64,000 nt of DNA, taken from the NCBI RefSeq assembly GCF_033153115.1, contig NW_026889778.1, positions 8,184,001 through 8,248,000 of the forward strand, in the 5' to 3' direction. Numbering within the stretch: the stretch's first letter is position 1; each line of letters begins with the position of its first letter. Made by a program: the position numbers and the translations under genes. This DNA is from Saccostrea echinata. Taxonomy: Eukaryota. Under the pieces are notes generated by a model. The model saw nothing but the letters and a program-made list of their open reading frames with translations. It did not search any database and was not told the origin of the DNA. Positions 11,909-24,800 of the stretch are shown one piece after another.

Positions 11909-14900
11909 TCATAAGATGGCACAGGTAGAGGATTTGTTCTTACTCCGCTGTACACGTTGTTCTTGGTCCTTTAGAAGTCTCATCATCTCCGCATTACCAT
12001 TCTCTTCGGCATAGTTATAAGGTGTCTGTCCCTCCTGGTTCAAAAACAACATCGGAAAGAATAAATTACCCATGTTACTTAAAGTTCTTAAAGAACCTGC
12101 TAGGAAAAATCTAGGAAGTATATTTACCGACTTAAACGCTGAATAGCTTTTGAACCATCAACTTCATCGATGGTCAAAAAAGAAACCTTTCTGATTGATT
12201 CAGCAGTAAAAGTAACAATTACAAACTATTGTCGACGTATGATACTTACTTTAAATTACAACAAATTCAATAAAGTGTATACGCCGTTAGTTGGTGATAT
12301 TGTTGACGTATTATACTTACTTTTTATCATACTAAATGCAATAAAATACATACGTCATTAGTTGGTGATATTGCTGGATCGTAGGACAATAAGATCCGGA
12401 CGGTGTCCAGTTGATCCCTGGCCACTGACATATGGAGTGGAGTATTTCCAGCCTGTAAACACCGTGATTACAATAAAAATCTTTATAAAGATGTACGCAA
12501 ATTTAAGTTAAAAAGTTCACTGAAACTTAATGTCGAAATGATATATGTCATCGTTTAAAGAAGTAGTACAAATAGTTGTAGGTGTTACATACTGTAAAAG
12601 TACAATACAGATATATAGTGAAAGAATCTAAATATTAAATGCAGATATGTAGTCATTTTAGTAAACAGCACTTCCAAAACTTCACACAATGTAAATAACG
12701 TCAATTATACATATCTTATCGATGTTTACTTGTCATTAACTTAATGGTTTAACCTTGATTTTTACCTTCTTTCCAAACTGTTGAGATAAGAATTTTGAAG
12801 AACATGCGATAGGTTTAACTTAAATTTCAAGGAATATTTTAAAGACTTAGATGCTATTGTATTTTGTCAATAATGTTTATACAGTATACATAAGAAGACA
12901 GAATGTTAAACTCAAAATTCAGCTTCTATATAAAAATATTGTAGAAGCGTATTCTACTTTGTTAAGATGTGTTAAAGAAAAGACATGGGATTAATACATT
13001 AGTACTAGGTAATAAAATGAAACTTAGATATTTGTGCCACAAAATTGGCAGAGAATTTCTTTGTAAACTTAGTTAACTTCCAAATTCGTTGTTTTATTTT
13101 CAAAAGGCACACCCACGGATATAGTAAATATCACATTCAATAGTGAATTTCATACTGATGCAAAATATAAAATTTGTGAGATAAATAAAGTGTGCATGGT
13201 TTATATGTTTTTACAACAACTCTTTTACCTTTAACAGAGATCTGCCTTGCGCTCGCTAATTTCAGAAATATCAATAGAAATTATAGATTTCTTCATAAAG
13301 TTAAAACAATCAAGCAAACAAACACAATATATATAACAAAGAACAATCTATGGAATACATGCGGTGTTAGTTTCCTATTAACAGACAGCAGCATGTAGAA
13401 GATAAACTCTAAAGCAATTTTAAGCAAAGATGAAAATTCTAAATTCAGCTTTATACCTCGTTGTGTTCTTCATTCTAACACAAGGATACAACGTGTCTTA
13501 ATTGAATGAAACATTTTTTTATGAAATATAATTAGTCAAGTTCTGGTTTTGAGCTTTATGTTTTCGTTTCTATTCACATGGCAAAATTTGGTACCTTCGT
13601 AATTCAAAGAAACAACTTTTCTTAGATCTTTTTATAGATTCAAACATATTTTTTAAAATGATTTCCAGCACTAAATATTTCAGAGGTGAGCAAGTTTGTA
13701 GCTTGGAACAAGTATATGTCACAAGACAAAATACTTACATATATACAGGGATGCAAAAACTTTAAGGTAAACTGTCAGTATAGATCAAACATAATAAATG
13801 TAAGAAGCAAACTCACGGGCATGGCTTTAACATTTATGTCAGCCCCTTTGTTAAGTATTCGTTGTACCATATTGTTCCTGCTGGCAGGGTTATTTCTCAG
13901 TATTGCAACATGTAAAGGAAACAACCCCATCTGCAACACAATATATTCATTATTGAACAAATAGTATTCTTAGCAGTCTTTACATTACAACCATAAAATA
14001 ATTATAATTAAGGCTTTTCCCTGTTTTACAAAATTTAATATGAAAGATTTTATTCATAAATGATCATATGTTGAGATGTGATCTTGTTAGTTAAAAAGAT
14101 GTATATTTCTAAATGTCTGAAATATATCATTACATAATCTTATATGGTACATATTTGTCTGAAAAATCTGAAAAAAAATGTCGTAAAAGTGAGAGTGAAC
14201 GATCAATGGTATGGATGACCTTGACCTATACACTACCGAGTTAGGAACGTTGAGGTTGGCGTCTGGATCACTCAGCAGTTCATCCAGGTCATCTGGATTA
14301 TCCTCCTCTATAGCGGAAGTGATGGATTCCTGACAAAGAGGAATATATTATACACAACCTTGAACTTTTGACGGAGACTCATTTAAATTGTTCTTGTTTC
14401 TTAATCGAGCAAAATGTCCCACTAACTTCAAATATTTGAAACTATACATAAATTAAGAAATAAATTGTTACTAGATCTATATACATTATTTCTATTATTA
14501 ATATTTCAAATAAGATATTTAAAAAATCTAACTATGTGAATGGATTAATATCAAACATAAGTTATAATGATACCAAAACAAAAGTTAGTTTAAATATATA
14601 CCTGTCATTATACATTACTGTAATTTACTTATTTTTCGTGGGGTCAAATTTTCGTAGTTTGTGGAAAAACTTGTTGGGATTTGATTTCGTGTGGTGTTGT
14701 AATATACATGTATATACATATTTTATGAAGGAAATGTATTCGTGGGTCTCTTTATCACACTAAAACAACAAAAGTAAATCCCCATGAAAAAAGTAATTTT
14801 ACAGTATTCTGATTATACAACTAAAAGTTTACTATGATTATGCGATCATAATAAAATCAGTGACAAATTCTAATTGGGTCTACATCGAAATATTCCTGGG

Positions 14901-15762
14901 TTTTCACATCTGCGACCAACATGAAGCAGGTAGAATACTACGCAACTATCAGCAAAATTCATTTAATCATTTTCTCTAGGATACATGTATATTCTGGTTA
15001 GTCTGAACATCAAATTAAATGTAAAGCAAACAAATTTTCAAAATCTGGTTAATATAAAATACATGGTGCATGATAAAAAAAATTGTTTCTGAAATAAAAT
15101 GATTAATAAAGGAAACTAGGATTAGTTGCTACTTCTCACCGCTGCTGGACTCTGAGGTCTTGGATGACTTGGAGGGGGTATAGGCTAAATACAATGGGGA
15201 AGAAAAAAATGTTATATCTCACTTGTTTACCCTGGTATGACAAATGTAACTAATATCATATAAATGTTATGGAACATGACGGTATCTCAACACAGTAATT
15301 CATCTTGATTCAAATAAACAACACCCGTACGCTTATCACATCTAAACTTCAAAATGTATTTACAATTAAACGTCCATAATAATTACTAATTTAAAAAACA
15401 TATTACCTCATGATTATAAAGCGTGTCTTACGACTTTAAATTATTATAAAACGTTCATACTACACTGTACTCTAAGATATACATGTATGTACTTTGGTGA
15501 GATATCATATGATACGTTGAATCTTCACTATAATACATGAAACTTTTATTACGATACTTCGAATTACTATGAAAAGTTACATGTATCACGAGAAACTTCT
15601 TTTGACATTTGGAGTATCATTATTTATCACATTCCAAATTTAGAATGGTAATGTGGAAATAATAATTTAATATATTTTATATTTCATTTTTATTAAATAA
15701 AAACTTGGCATTTAAGACTTTGATAAAATAATCTTAATTAAAATATATCAAATGTAAATTCA

Positions 15763-15808
<46 letters not shown>

Positions 15809-18800
15809 TTTCATTTTACTTTTTTAGATTAGATTTACAATAGTGATAACCTTCATGCTTTTATTTACTAAAGAAAAATCTCCGATATATTAATATTCTA
15901 AAGTTAGCTTTAGTTTATAATAATTCTAAACCTATGTTTGCTATAATAAACTAAAGATTAAATTATTTTTTAAAATCTTGTTCTTTCTGAAATATTCCAT
16001 AGTCAAATGACAATTCATGGACATACTAGCATCGACTTGAATTTCCATTTTATATTTTACGTTTTGATATCTTTCAAAGTACAATGTGTCTTGATACATT
16101 TTTAAAGCATATGGAAAAGAATACTAAACAGTGATTCAAAGGGGTAACACAAGTAAAATTAAATGTAATATTTATTCATGAAATTAAGTTGGGTGAAATA
16201 GCTATTGTCATTTTGTGCAAATAATAATAGCAAAATCATACAGCATTTAGTTCCGTACCTTCACAACGACAGATATTTCGTGGTTTCGACTAACAACATT
16301 AGTATTCAGTTATCTGATAGCGGGTTTCTTTAGCGGGTGTACAATTTGGCATTTTTGAAGAACTTTTTTTTTGTGGGTGGACAAAGAATTCTATGGCGTT
16401 GCAGACAGGTGGCATAATTTTGCAATGGACAATTTTGCACTGCTCAACATAAGAATGTTTCAGACACCTCAGATTTGTAAAGAAAAACAAAAACCATAAT
16501 TCAATATCATAAAAATATGTCAAATTATGATCGAAGTACTTTTGTAGTGGGCCTAATGCAGAATCAAATACCGGTAAGTGTAGGGAGAGTAAGCTCATCT
16601 TTCAGATGAGTTTTTAGTTCGCTTGTCAGTTTGAATATACCGATTCAAACAATAATAATTAAAGTTAAACCAAAAGAAATGAATTTAAGATTTATGAACA
16701 GACTGATCAAAAAAATGTTCTTGCATTCAATAGTTTTACGCAAGGATGACATTTAGAGATCTTTTGAACGGGATACTACAAAACTGCTAAAATTAGCAAA
16801 TGTAAGCAACCCGCTAAAAAATCCCGCTATTCGGTATCAGTGATGATGATGAGAAAAATCAGCAATGTTACACATTTAAAAAAATACATCAACAGGCAGG
16901 AATCGTCACATTGGTAATGTTAAACTTAATAGTAACAATTCAAAATGCTGAAATAAATAACATTTAAGTGATCTGTTATGTAAAGTGGTGCGGTTTTTGA
17001 GAGTTTTAACAAGTGAAGGGCAGAAGTAGCAGAATAAACGAAAATAAATACAATTCTCTGTGTAAAAAAATGTGATAATCTTAATGGAAAATAAAGAAAA
17101 TAATTCGAAGAAAAAGTGTATCTTAGAAAAAAGACGAGTAGTGATGCCAGAAAACTGATTATGAACTTCTGTAACGTGAATTAAAATTTTGAGACAGGTG
17201 AGTACAAGGAAGGCAATAATAAGCTTACTGTGTCTTCCTCAATAGGTGGTGTGTCCTAGAAATATACAATGTTTCTCGTAAACACGTCAATTATGAATCA
17301 TTCTTGGCGTTAAACAAGGTTAACTTCCATATAGAGATCATTTGAAAGTAGATTGACTAAGATTCTAACAATGGCCTTTGTCTAAAATTCCCATCTTAAG
17401 CACAGTGAGTCCAATGGCCTGTTTTACAATTAACATGTACAAAACAATCAAGTACATTGATCGAAGAGTTACAATATAACTTTTATCTGTAACTTATTTT
17501 TTTTTTCTGATTGTTCAGATGCTAGTAAGTATTTTTAAGAATTAAGAAGGTTGAATTTTATACAAAAGTTGGTTTAAAACAGAAGGAAATGATATATCAG
17601 GTGTCTGTAATTAATTTTTTTAAAATAAAGAGACTTCTTTTTTGTCTCTTTAAGACAATAAAACATTGAGTGTTCAGCATGCATTTATGATATTTACAGG
17701 TAAAAACACAACATGGGAGATGACGGATCTACATGTAAACCCAAAATAAAAAAAATACCGAAGCCCATTGTTAGTAACATATGAACAAAAAGGACAATGT
17801 TAGGTCACTATCAATTTGACACCTTATCCAAAAAGAAAGTCCAGACAAAGCTTAAAATTAGTTGTTGCATGCACAAAACAATAATTTCTATTAAATTTTT
17901 ATGGACGGGCATGCAACAAACCTCATGGTCGGGTTCAATATTCCGATTTTGTTCTGGCGATGGAGATGGAGTTGGTCGCAGACCTCTATTAGGGGAAGCT
18001 CTTGGCAGTGTGGAAGAGTCAGACGACGTCGGAGACTACACGTATTATAATAAAACCATCAGGTAAGGGATTTAATTGTATAATCACACTCAATGTACCA
18101 AAATAGTTATATTGAAAAAGCGCACATATTAATCTCTTTAATTTGATTAACAGCTAACTAAATTTGGTTTATGCACACATTTAAGTCTTTACAAATTAGT
18201 TTTTGCATGCAAGCGTTATGAATCTCCGTTCTAGTGTTAGGAATCCGCATGCAACAAACCTCGTGATTTCGTTCGGGACCTCGGTTTCTTCTGGGCGTTG
18301 GCGATGGTCTCAGAGCTCTAGAGGGTGAGAGAGGCGGCAGTGTGGAGGATTCGGACGGCGTAGGAGACTAGATATACAGGAACAAGACCGTGAGTCTAAG
18401 AGGGAGTTTTCTCTGATATTTCTATTTTCTACAATTTATTGGTTTTTGGCAGTTTAAGGAGTTTAAACTTTTTTGAAACAATATATTACAGTGTCAATCC
18501 AATTTGCGTTTTAGTTTTGAGATTATTGTTATAAATGATATGTGATTATAGAGCAATAAATAAAAGACACAATTTCAAATTACAAATCTTTGAGTTACAT
18601 GAAGAATTAAGATATCCTCAAATATTCAGTTTTCAAATGGTATGTGATACCTTCGAATTCACCTCAATCTAATTTGATATCAGGTCATTGTTTACAAAAA
18701 TAATTAAATTTTCAGTGTGCCTTTCTTGTCTTCCATCAGCAAAAAAAGTATATACAAATGAATCAGAAATATTGATTGAAAACATTCTGAAATTGATAGC

Positions 18801-21800
18801 AAAAATAAAACATTGGGTTTAAAATAAAATAAATATAATGAGGGGAAGAGAGACATTTTTTTAAGGTTTCTTGCCATTCGAAAATGGATTACATTTCTCA
18901 ATGGATGCATGCAATAAAGGGAATACATTTTAAATATGAAACAATGATTAGGTTAAAATATATACTGGGTAATTGAAAAGTTATACCTTTGACGTTTGAC
19001 CAGTTTGGGGATTGGGTGACCTCGGCTTTAAACGGGCTGATGTCCTTAAATCCGAACGTACAGCAATTGGGGAAGGCTTCCAGGGGATAGATGATCAAAT
19101 TGCATCAATTTTTAGGGAAAAGTGTCTAATTTTTGTGTTAATTTGGAAATGCCCAAGTTGGAAGAACATTATAATTTGCATCAGCAGATAAAACTCATAT
19201 GGTTAATGACATTATCCAATGTCAGTTACTAATATCGTAACCAACAAAATTTTAGTTTGCATATTTCACAGAAAATACATCAAAAAAAATATTGATTTCC
19301 CTCTCTCAAAATCGACCTAATATCATCTCTTTTCCTAATCGAAAGATTTAATTTAAATATTAGCCACGCCCACTGGCACCCTGACAACCAATTAAAGAAG
19401 CTTTAAAGTCAAGATTACTAGATGCGACTCCATTATGAATATATTAACACAGAATATAAGAACTGATTTTATTGGAAAATTAATGCATTATGATTTTCTC
19501 ACAAAATTAATTGAAGTCACTGTTGGGTATCAATTTGTATGATACAAGATGTTTGATATGAAAATGAGAAATGAATGATATATGTCAGAAAGAAACCGCC
19601 AATATGTGAAAAGCATATGTATAAAAAGTTTTGGTATACCGTACCTGGCGAGGGGGCGCTGCAATAATTGGAGGGGGAGGCTAAAAACCACAAACATACA
19701 AGATCATTCACATGACATAATCTAGCAAAAACTAGACAAACAAAATATGATTTACAAGGAATTAAGGACCACTCGTTCAAAGTTCCTATGATTTTCCAAA
19801 AGAAATCTGATTTATGACTAAGATTTTACAAAATTTCCGAATACTTTGCATGGCAAAAATTTGAAAAATTCACTTTGTCAATACATTTATTTCGGAAACA
19901 ATTAATATTCTCTCTCTTATCAGATTCCTGGGCTCAAAGAAACTTAAACGTAAATCTTATGTACTTTTTGTTCCTTTTTACAATATAATAACCACAGGTA
20001 TTGAACAATTAAAATATATTCAACAGTCAAGAGTGAATAGGTAATCAATGTTCTAAAAACAATAATAGCCAGATCAACACACAATATACTACAATGTACA
20101 TATACTTTGTCTTAACTAGCACTTTGCACATAATATCTAGATACATACTGTAATTCTAGCTGTTTTCTGTCTTTTGAGTAACTTGACAACATCCAGGTAG
20201 TTTCTACTCTCCGCTAATGCCAGAGCATCATTACCATCCTATAAGAAGACGGATTCATTATTATCTGATTCTAACAGACAATCATTCTTGAAAATTTACT
20301 CTCAGACAATGCAAACTGCATTAGTTTATGGACAGCATGTCGATTGCTTGACCAATTAAGAAAACATTAATTATAATAAAAAACCAAAACACAAAAACAA
20401 TTTCACTCATTGTGTTTACGGAGAAAAATTAAACATGCATTGATTTGTTTTTATGAATTTCTGGATATATTGATGAAAAAAGTTCTAAAAATATCACAAA
20501 CCAGATCTTTGTGAGTTGGATCCGCTCCCCATTTTAATAGTTGATCCACCACGTTATACATTTGATTATCTTGTCTGAGACTAGGTCTCTTTATTGCCAG
20601 ATTTAAGGCTGTATCCCCTTCCTTTACAAAGCATATAAAATAAAATTTACCTGTTTTTTTGTATCAAACATTGCAGAAAATGCATGAAATTTCTTGAAAA
20701 ATCAATGGTTTCCTAACATATACAGAAGAGGATGTAATCAAATTTTTGTCTAGGAATATCCGTTGTATTCTAGGGACAGATACAAAATACTTTAAAGTTT
20801 ACACTTAAAGTGGTCTATCTCACATTTTTCACATATAAAAATTTATTTGGATGGAAAGAAATATATTTATACATGTATATTTCAAAAGAATCATAGTGAA
20901 ATACATTTTCCTTTTGACTAAATAGTGTAATGAGATAATGAAGTTCTCTTACGTAATCCCTGAGATTGACATCTGCCTCTGCGTCTACCATTCGACTGAG
21001 CAGGTTTAAAGGGGGATGTTGGTAAAGATTGGTGAACATGTAGTGTATAGCGCCAGCGCCATGCTACAGGAAACAAAGCAAACACGGAATTTGCTAATGC
21101 ATTGTCATATCGGCATATGTTGTGTTAAAAGAAAACAAAGATGACGGTAATTGATTTTCTGTTTGTATTTCTATTGTGATCCGAATAAATAAATCCATTT
21201 AAGCATAAGATGACGGTAATTAAGTTTCTGTTTGCATTTCTATTGTGACCCGAATAAATAAATCCATTTAAGCATATGCCTTATTCAGACAGTCATAATC
21301 TGCCCCCTGATCAACACAATCTAGTGCCCCTTAAGCATATTTATGTAGGTTCTTACATTATTCAGACAGTTAAAATCTGCCCCGTGATTAACACAATCTA
21401 GTTACAATCTGCCCCCTGATTAACACAATTTAGTTACAATCTGTCCCCTGATTTACACAATCTAGTTACAATCTGCCCCCTGATTTACACAGTCTAGTTA
21501 CAATTTGCCCCCTGATGAACACAATCTAGTTACAATCTGTCCCCTGATTTACACAATCTAGTTACAATCTGTCCCCTGATTAACACAATCTAGTTACAAT
21601 TTGACCCCTGATTAACGCAATCTAGTTACAATTTGACCCCTGATTAACGCAATCTAGTTACAATCTGTCCCCTGATTTACACAATCTAGTTACAATCTGT
21701 CCCCTGATTAACAAAATCTAGTTACAATTTGACCCCTGATTAACGCAATCTAGTTACAATCTGACCCCTGATTAACACAATCTAGTTACAATCTGTCCCC

Positions 21801-24800
21801 TGATTTACACAATCTAGTTACAATCTGTCCCCTGATTAACACAATCTAGTTACAATTTGACCCCTGATTAACGCAATCTAGTTACAATCTGTCCCCTGAT
21901 TAACACAATCTAGTTACAATTTGATCCCTGATTAACGCAATCTAGTAACAATTTGACCCCTGATTAACGCAATCTAGTTACAATTTGACCTCTGATTAAC
22001 ACAATCTAGTTACAATCTGTCCCCTGATTTACACAATCCAGTTACAATCTGTCCCCTGATTAACACAATCTAGTTACAATTTGACCCCTGATTAACGCAA
22101 TCTAGTTACAATCTGCCCCCTGATTAACACAATCTAGTTACAATCTGTCCCCTGATTAACACAATCTAGTTACAATCTGCCCCCTGATTAACACAATCTA
22201 GTTACAATCTGTCCCCTGATTTACACAATCTAGTTACAATCTGTCCCCTGATTAACACAATCTAGTTACAATTTGACCCCTGATTAACGCAATCTAGTTA
22301 CAATTTGACCCCTGATTAACGCAATCTAGTGCTCCCTTAAGTAAATTTATACAAGATCTTACCTTATTCAGACTGTTAAAATCTGCCCCTTGTTTAACAC
22401 AATCCAGTGTCCCCTTAGTAAATACATGTCAGCTCTTACCTTATTCAGACAGTTACGATCTGCCCCCTGTTTAATACAATCTAAGGCCCCCTTAAGTACT
22501 TACCTTATTCAGGCAGTTACAATCTGCCCCCTGATTAACACAGTCTAAAGCTTCTTTTTCATTATTGTTCATTACAGCATCAATGAGTCGCCCCTGAAAA
22601 GTCAAAATTCAAATCTTCCATATCAACAGTAGTCTAAAATGTTCATCTTGATTTACATGTACTGTCATTACCTATGATATAAGTCATACATTTATTAGGC
22701 TTTGGGGAGTTACATTTATCTAGGGACATGGAATGTAGTATCACATTTGTTCCTGTTAACATCAACATTTGTCAGAACTAATACATGTACGAGTATATCA
22801 CTTTATTGTACAATGTTTATTGCGTGATTTTTTATAAGTTTTATAACTGACAATAAGATATATTTTACGAATTTGCTTTATTCTATAACTACAAAACAAA
22901 CAGCATCCAGAAAGTTTTTTAATGCATTCCATGTATAAGCAGATCTTTATCTTATCGATGCACCTTTGAAAAAAGAAAACTCGTACCGAGTGTTTTAAAG
23001 AATCCATGTATTTTATTGTAGAATAGGTCTAAGTAAAAAATGCATGGTGAAAGTGGGATTTAAACACTGACAATGTAAACAAAAAGCTTTCGATTAAATA
23101 AAAAAATATTTCTGGGCAATACCTTTGGATTTCCTAAAAAAAATACTATTAAAAAAAACTTATCATTTGCTGAGAAAATACTCCTTTCACTCACCCCGTA
23201 TAATTCTCCGAGAGACTTTGTGTAGTATTCTCGGGCTTCCTCGGCAGTCATTGAACCATCTAATACATTAGCCAACTCAAAATATTCCTGCGCCATAGCC
23301 ACATCATATGGCGTTCGTAAGTTCTGTTTGAAATAGAGAAATAACATTAAGCAAAAAAGTTTTTTTTATATGAACGAAAGTATAGTATATATTAGTCTGT
23401 TGATTACACTTGCAGTGTTCTCGAATTTACTCTGGTATTTTTTTTAACCTTGTTTCGTATATCAAGATCTGGGTTGTGCTCTAGAATCATCAGACAGGTC
23501 TGAAAGGCCAACCGAAGGACAGCGTGTTTAATGACTAAATGAAGGACTGTGTCCTCATCTGTAGTTGTCGTGGCATTGACGTCACTTCCTATTTTAAGTA
23601 GAGCACTGATAATGGACTCCATGTCTTCTCTTCCGCTTAATGCGACAATATGTAGAGGCTTCTGACCATCCTGTGTATGGAATAAATATTACATCAAATA
23701 CTGGCCGACAGAATGACCATCTCGATTATACAAGAAAAGTGTGTTCTTTCTTGTTTTACAAGATGGAAGTAAAACATTTCAAAGCATCACGCAATTAAAC
23801 AGGCAAGTCAAATGTCACTGAAATGTCTGAACAGTTTTGTGACATTGATACATATTGTATTCTGTAATTAACTGTATGTTAGCCTAATTTTGTAGAGATC
23901 TATAAAACGTCTATAAGTTGTACATCGATCCATGTTTGTCAATAAGCAAACTATTCTGATAAAAGTTGTAGTTGGCTATCTGAAAACAAGTAACTAGAGC
24001 CAACGTATGCTCTAATGCAAATGAATATGGTATATTTCATGGTTTGACAGTAGTGTTTGACAAGAATTAATGAATGGAGCCACCAAAACTGCAAATTGCC
24101 GAAGAATCGAGTGAAACCGAGTCTCGCGAAAGGATAAATTTCCAATTTAAAAAAATACATTTTTAATATCCACAAAGAAAATTCCAAATTTGATTGAATA
24201 GTGAAATAGAGAATATTGAAAAGATGAGTGTTGAATATTAAGTTAATTGATTAAAATATTTAGAAAAGTGTAATTTGCTCGAGATGAAAATATAACTCCA
24301 ATGTATGCCACAGCTATATCACCAATTTGGTAATCGATTCTTTTCCCAAGTCAAAGGGATTTTAGAAGCACCAAAGAGTGCTGTGACAGCTCTGAAATTT
24401 TATATGAATTAGGAGACTGACCTTGACCTCCATGTTGGCATTACCGCCCACCAGTCTGATCAGTTCCTCTACCTGCCCCTCCCTGCAAGCTTTGTAGATC
24501 TCCCTCTGTAAAAAGAAAACAGTATCAGAATTACTATAGTTACTCATTACCAGAAATTCAATATTTGAGTGAAATTCGTGTGATAGATGGGCGTTATTGT
24601 ACATGTGCATGTATTTGTATGTTTCAGTATCTGCCGATCAAGTAGATCGAGGTTACGGGGAATCTGTCATTTCATCGATGTCCATCGATAGCTTAATATT
24701 GACACCCTCTGTCAGGAACGGGTCCTTTGTGAATTAAAAAAAAATTGTCTAGTCTATATCCCAGATTTACATTTAGCTTAAGTTGTCGTCCTTTATCTAA

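Noticed and set aside
21368-22330. 32-bp array as a CRISPR array or coding repeat
   Set aside because: Units are contiguous with no unique spacers, there are no cas genes, the context is eukaryotic, and the unit is not a multiple of 3 and contains stops.
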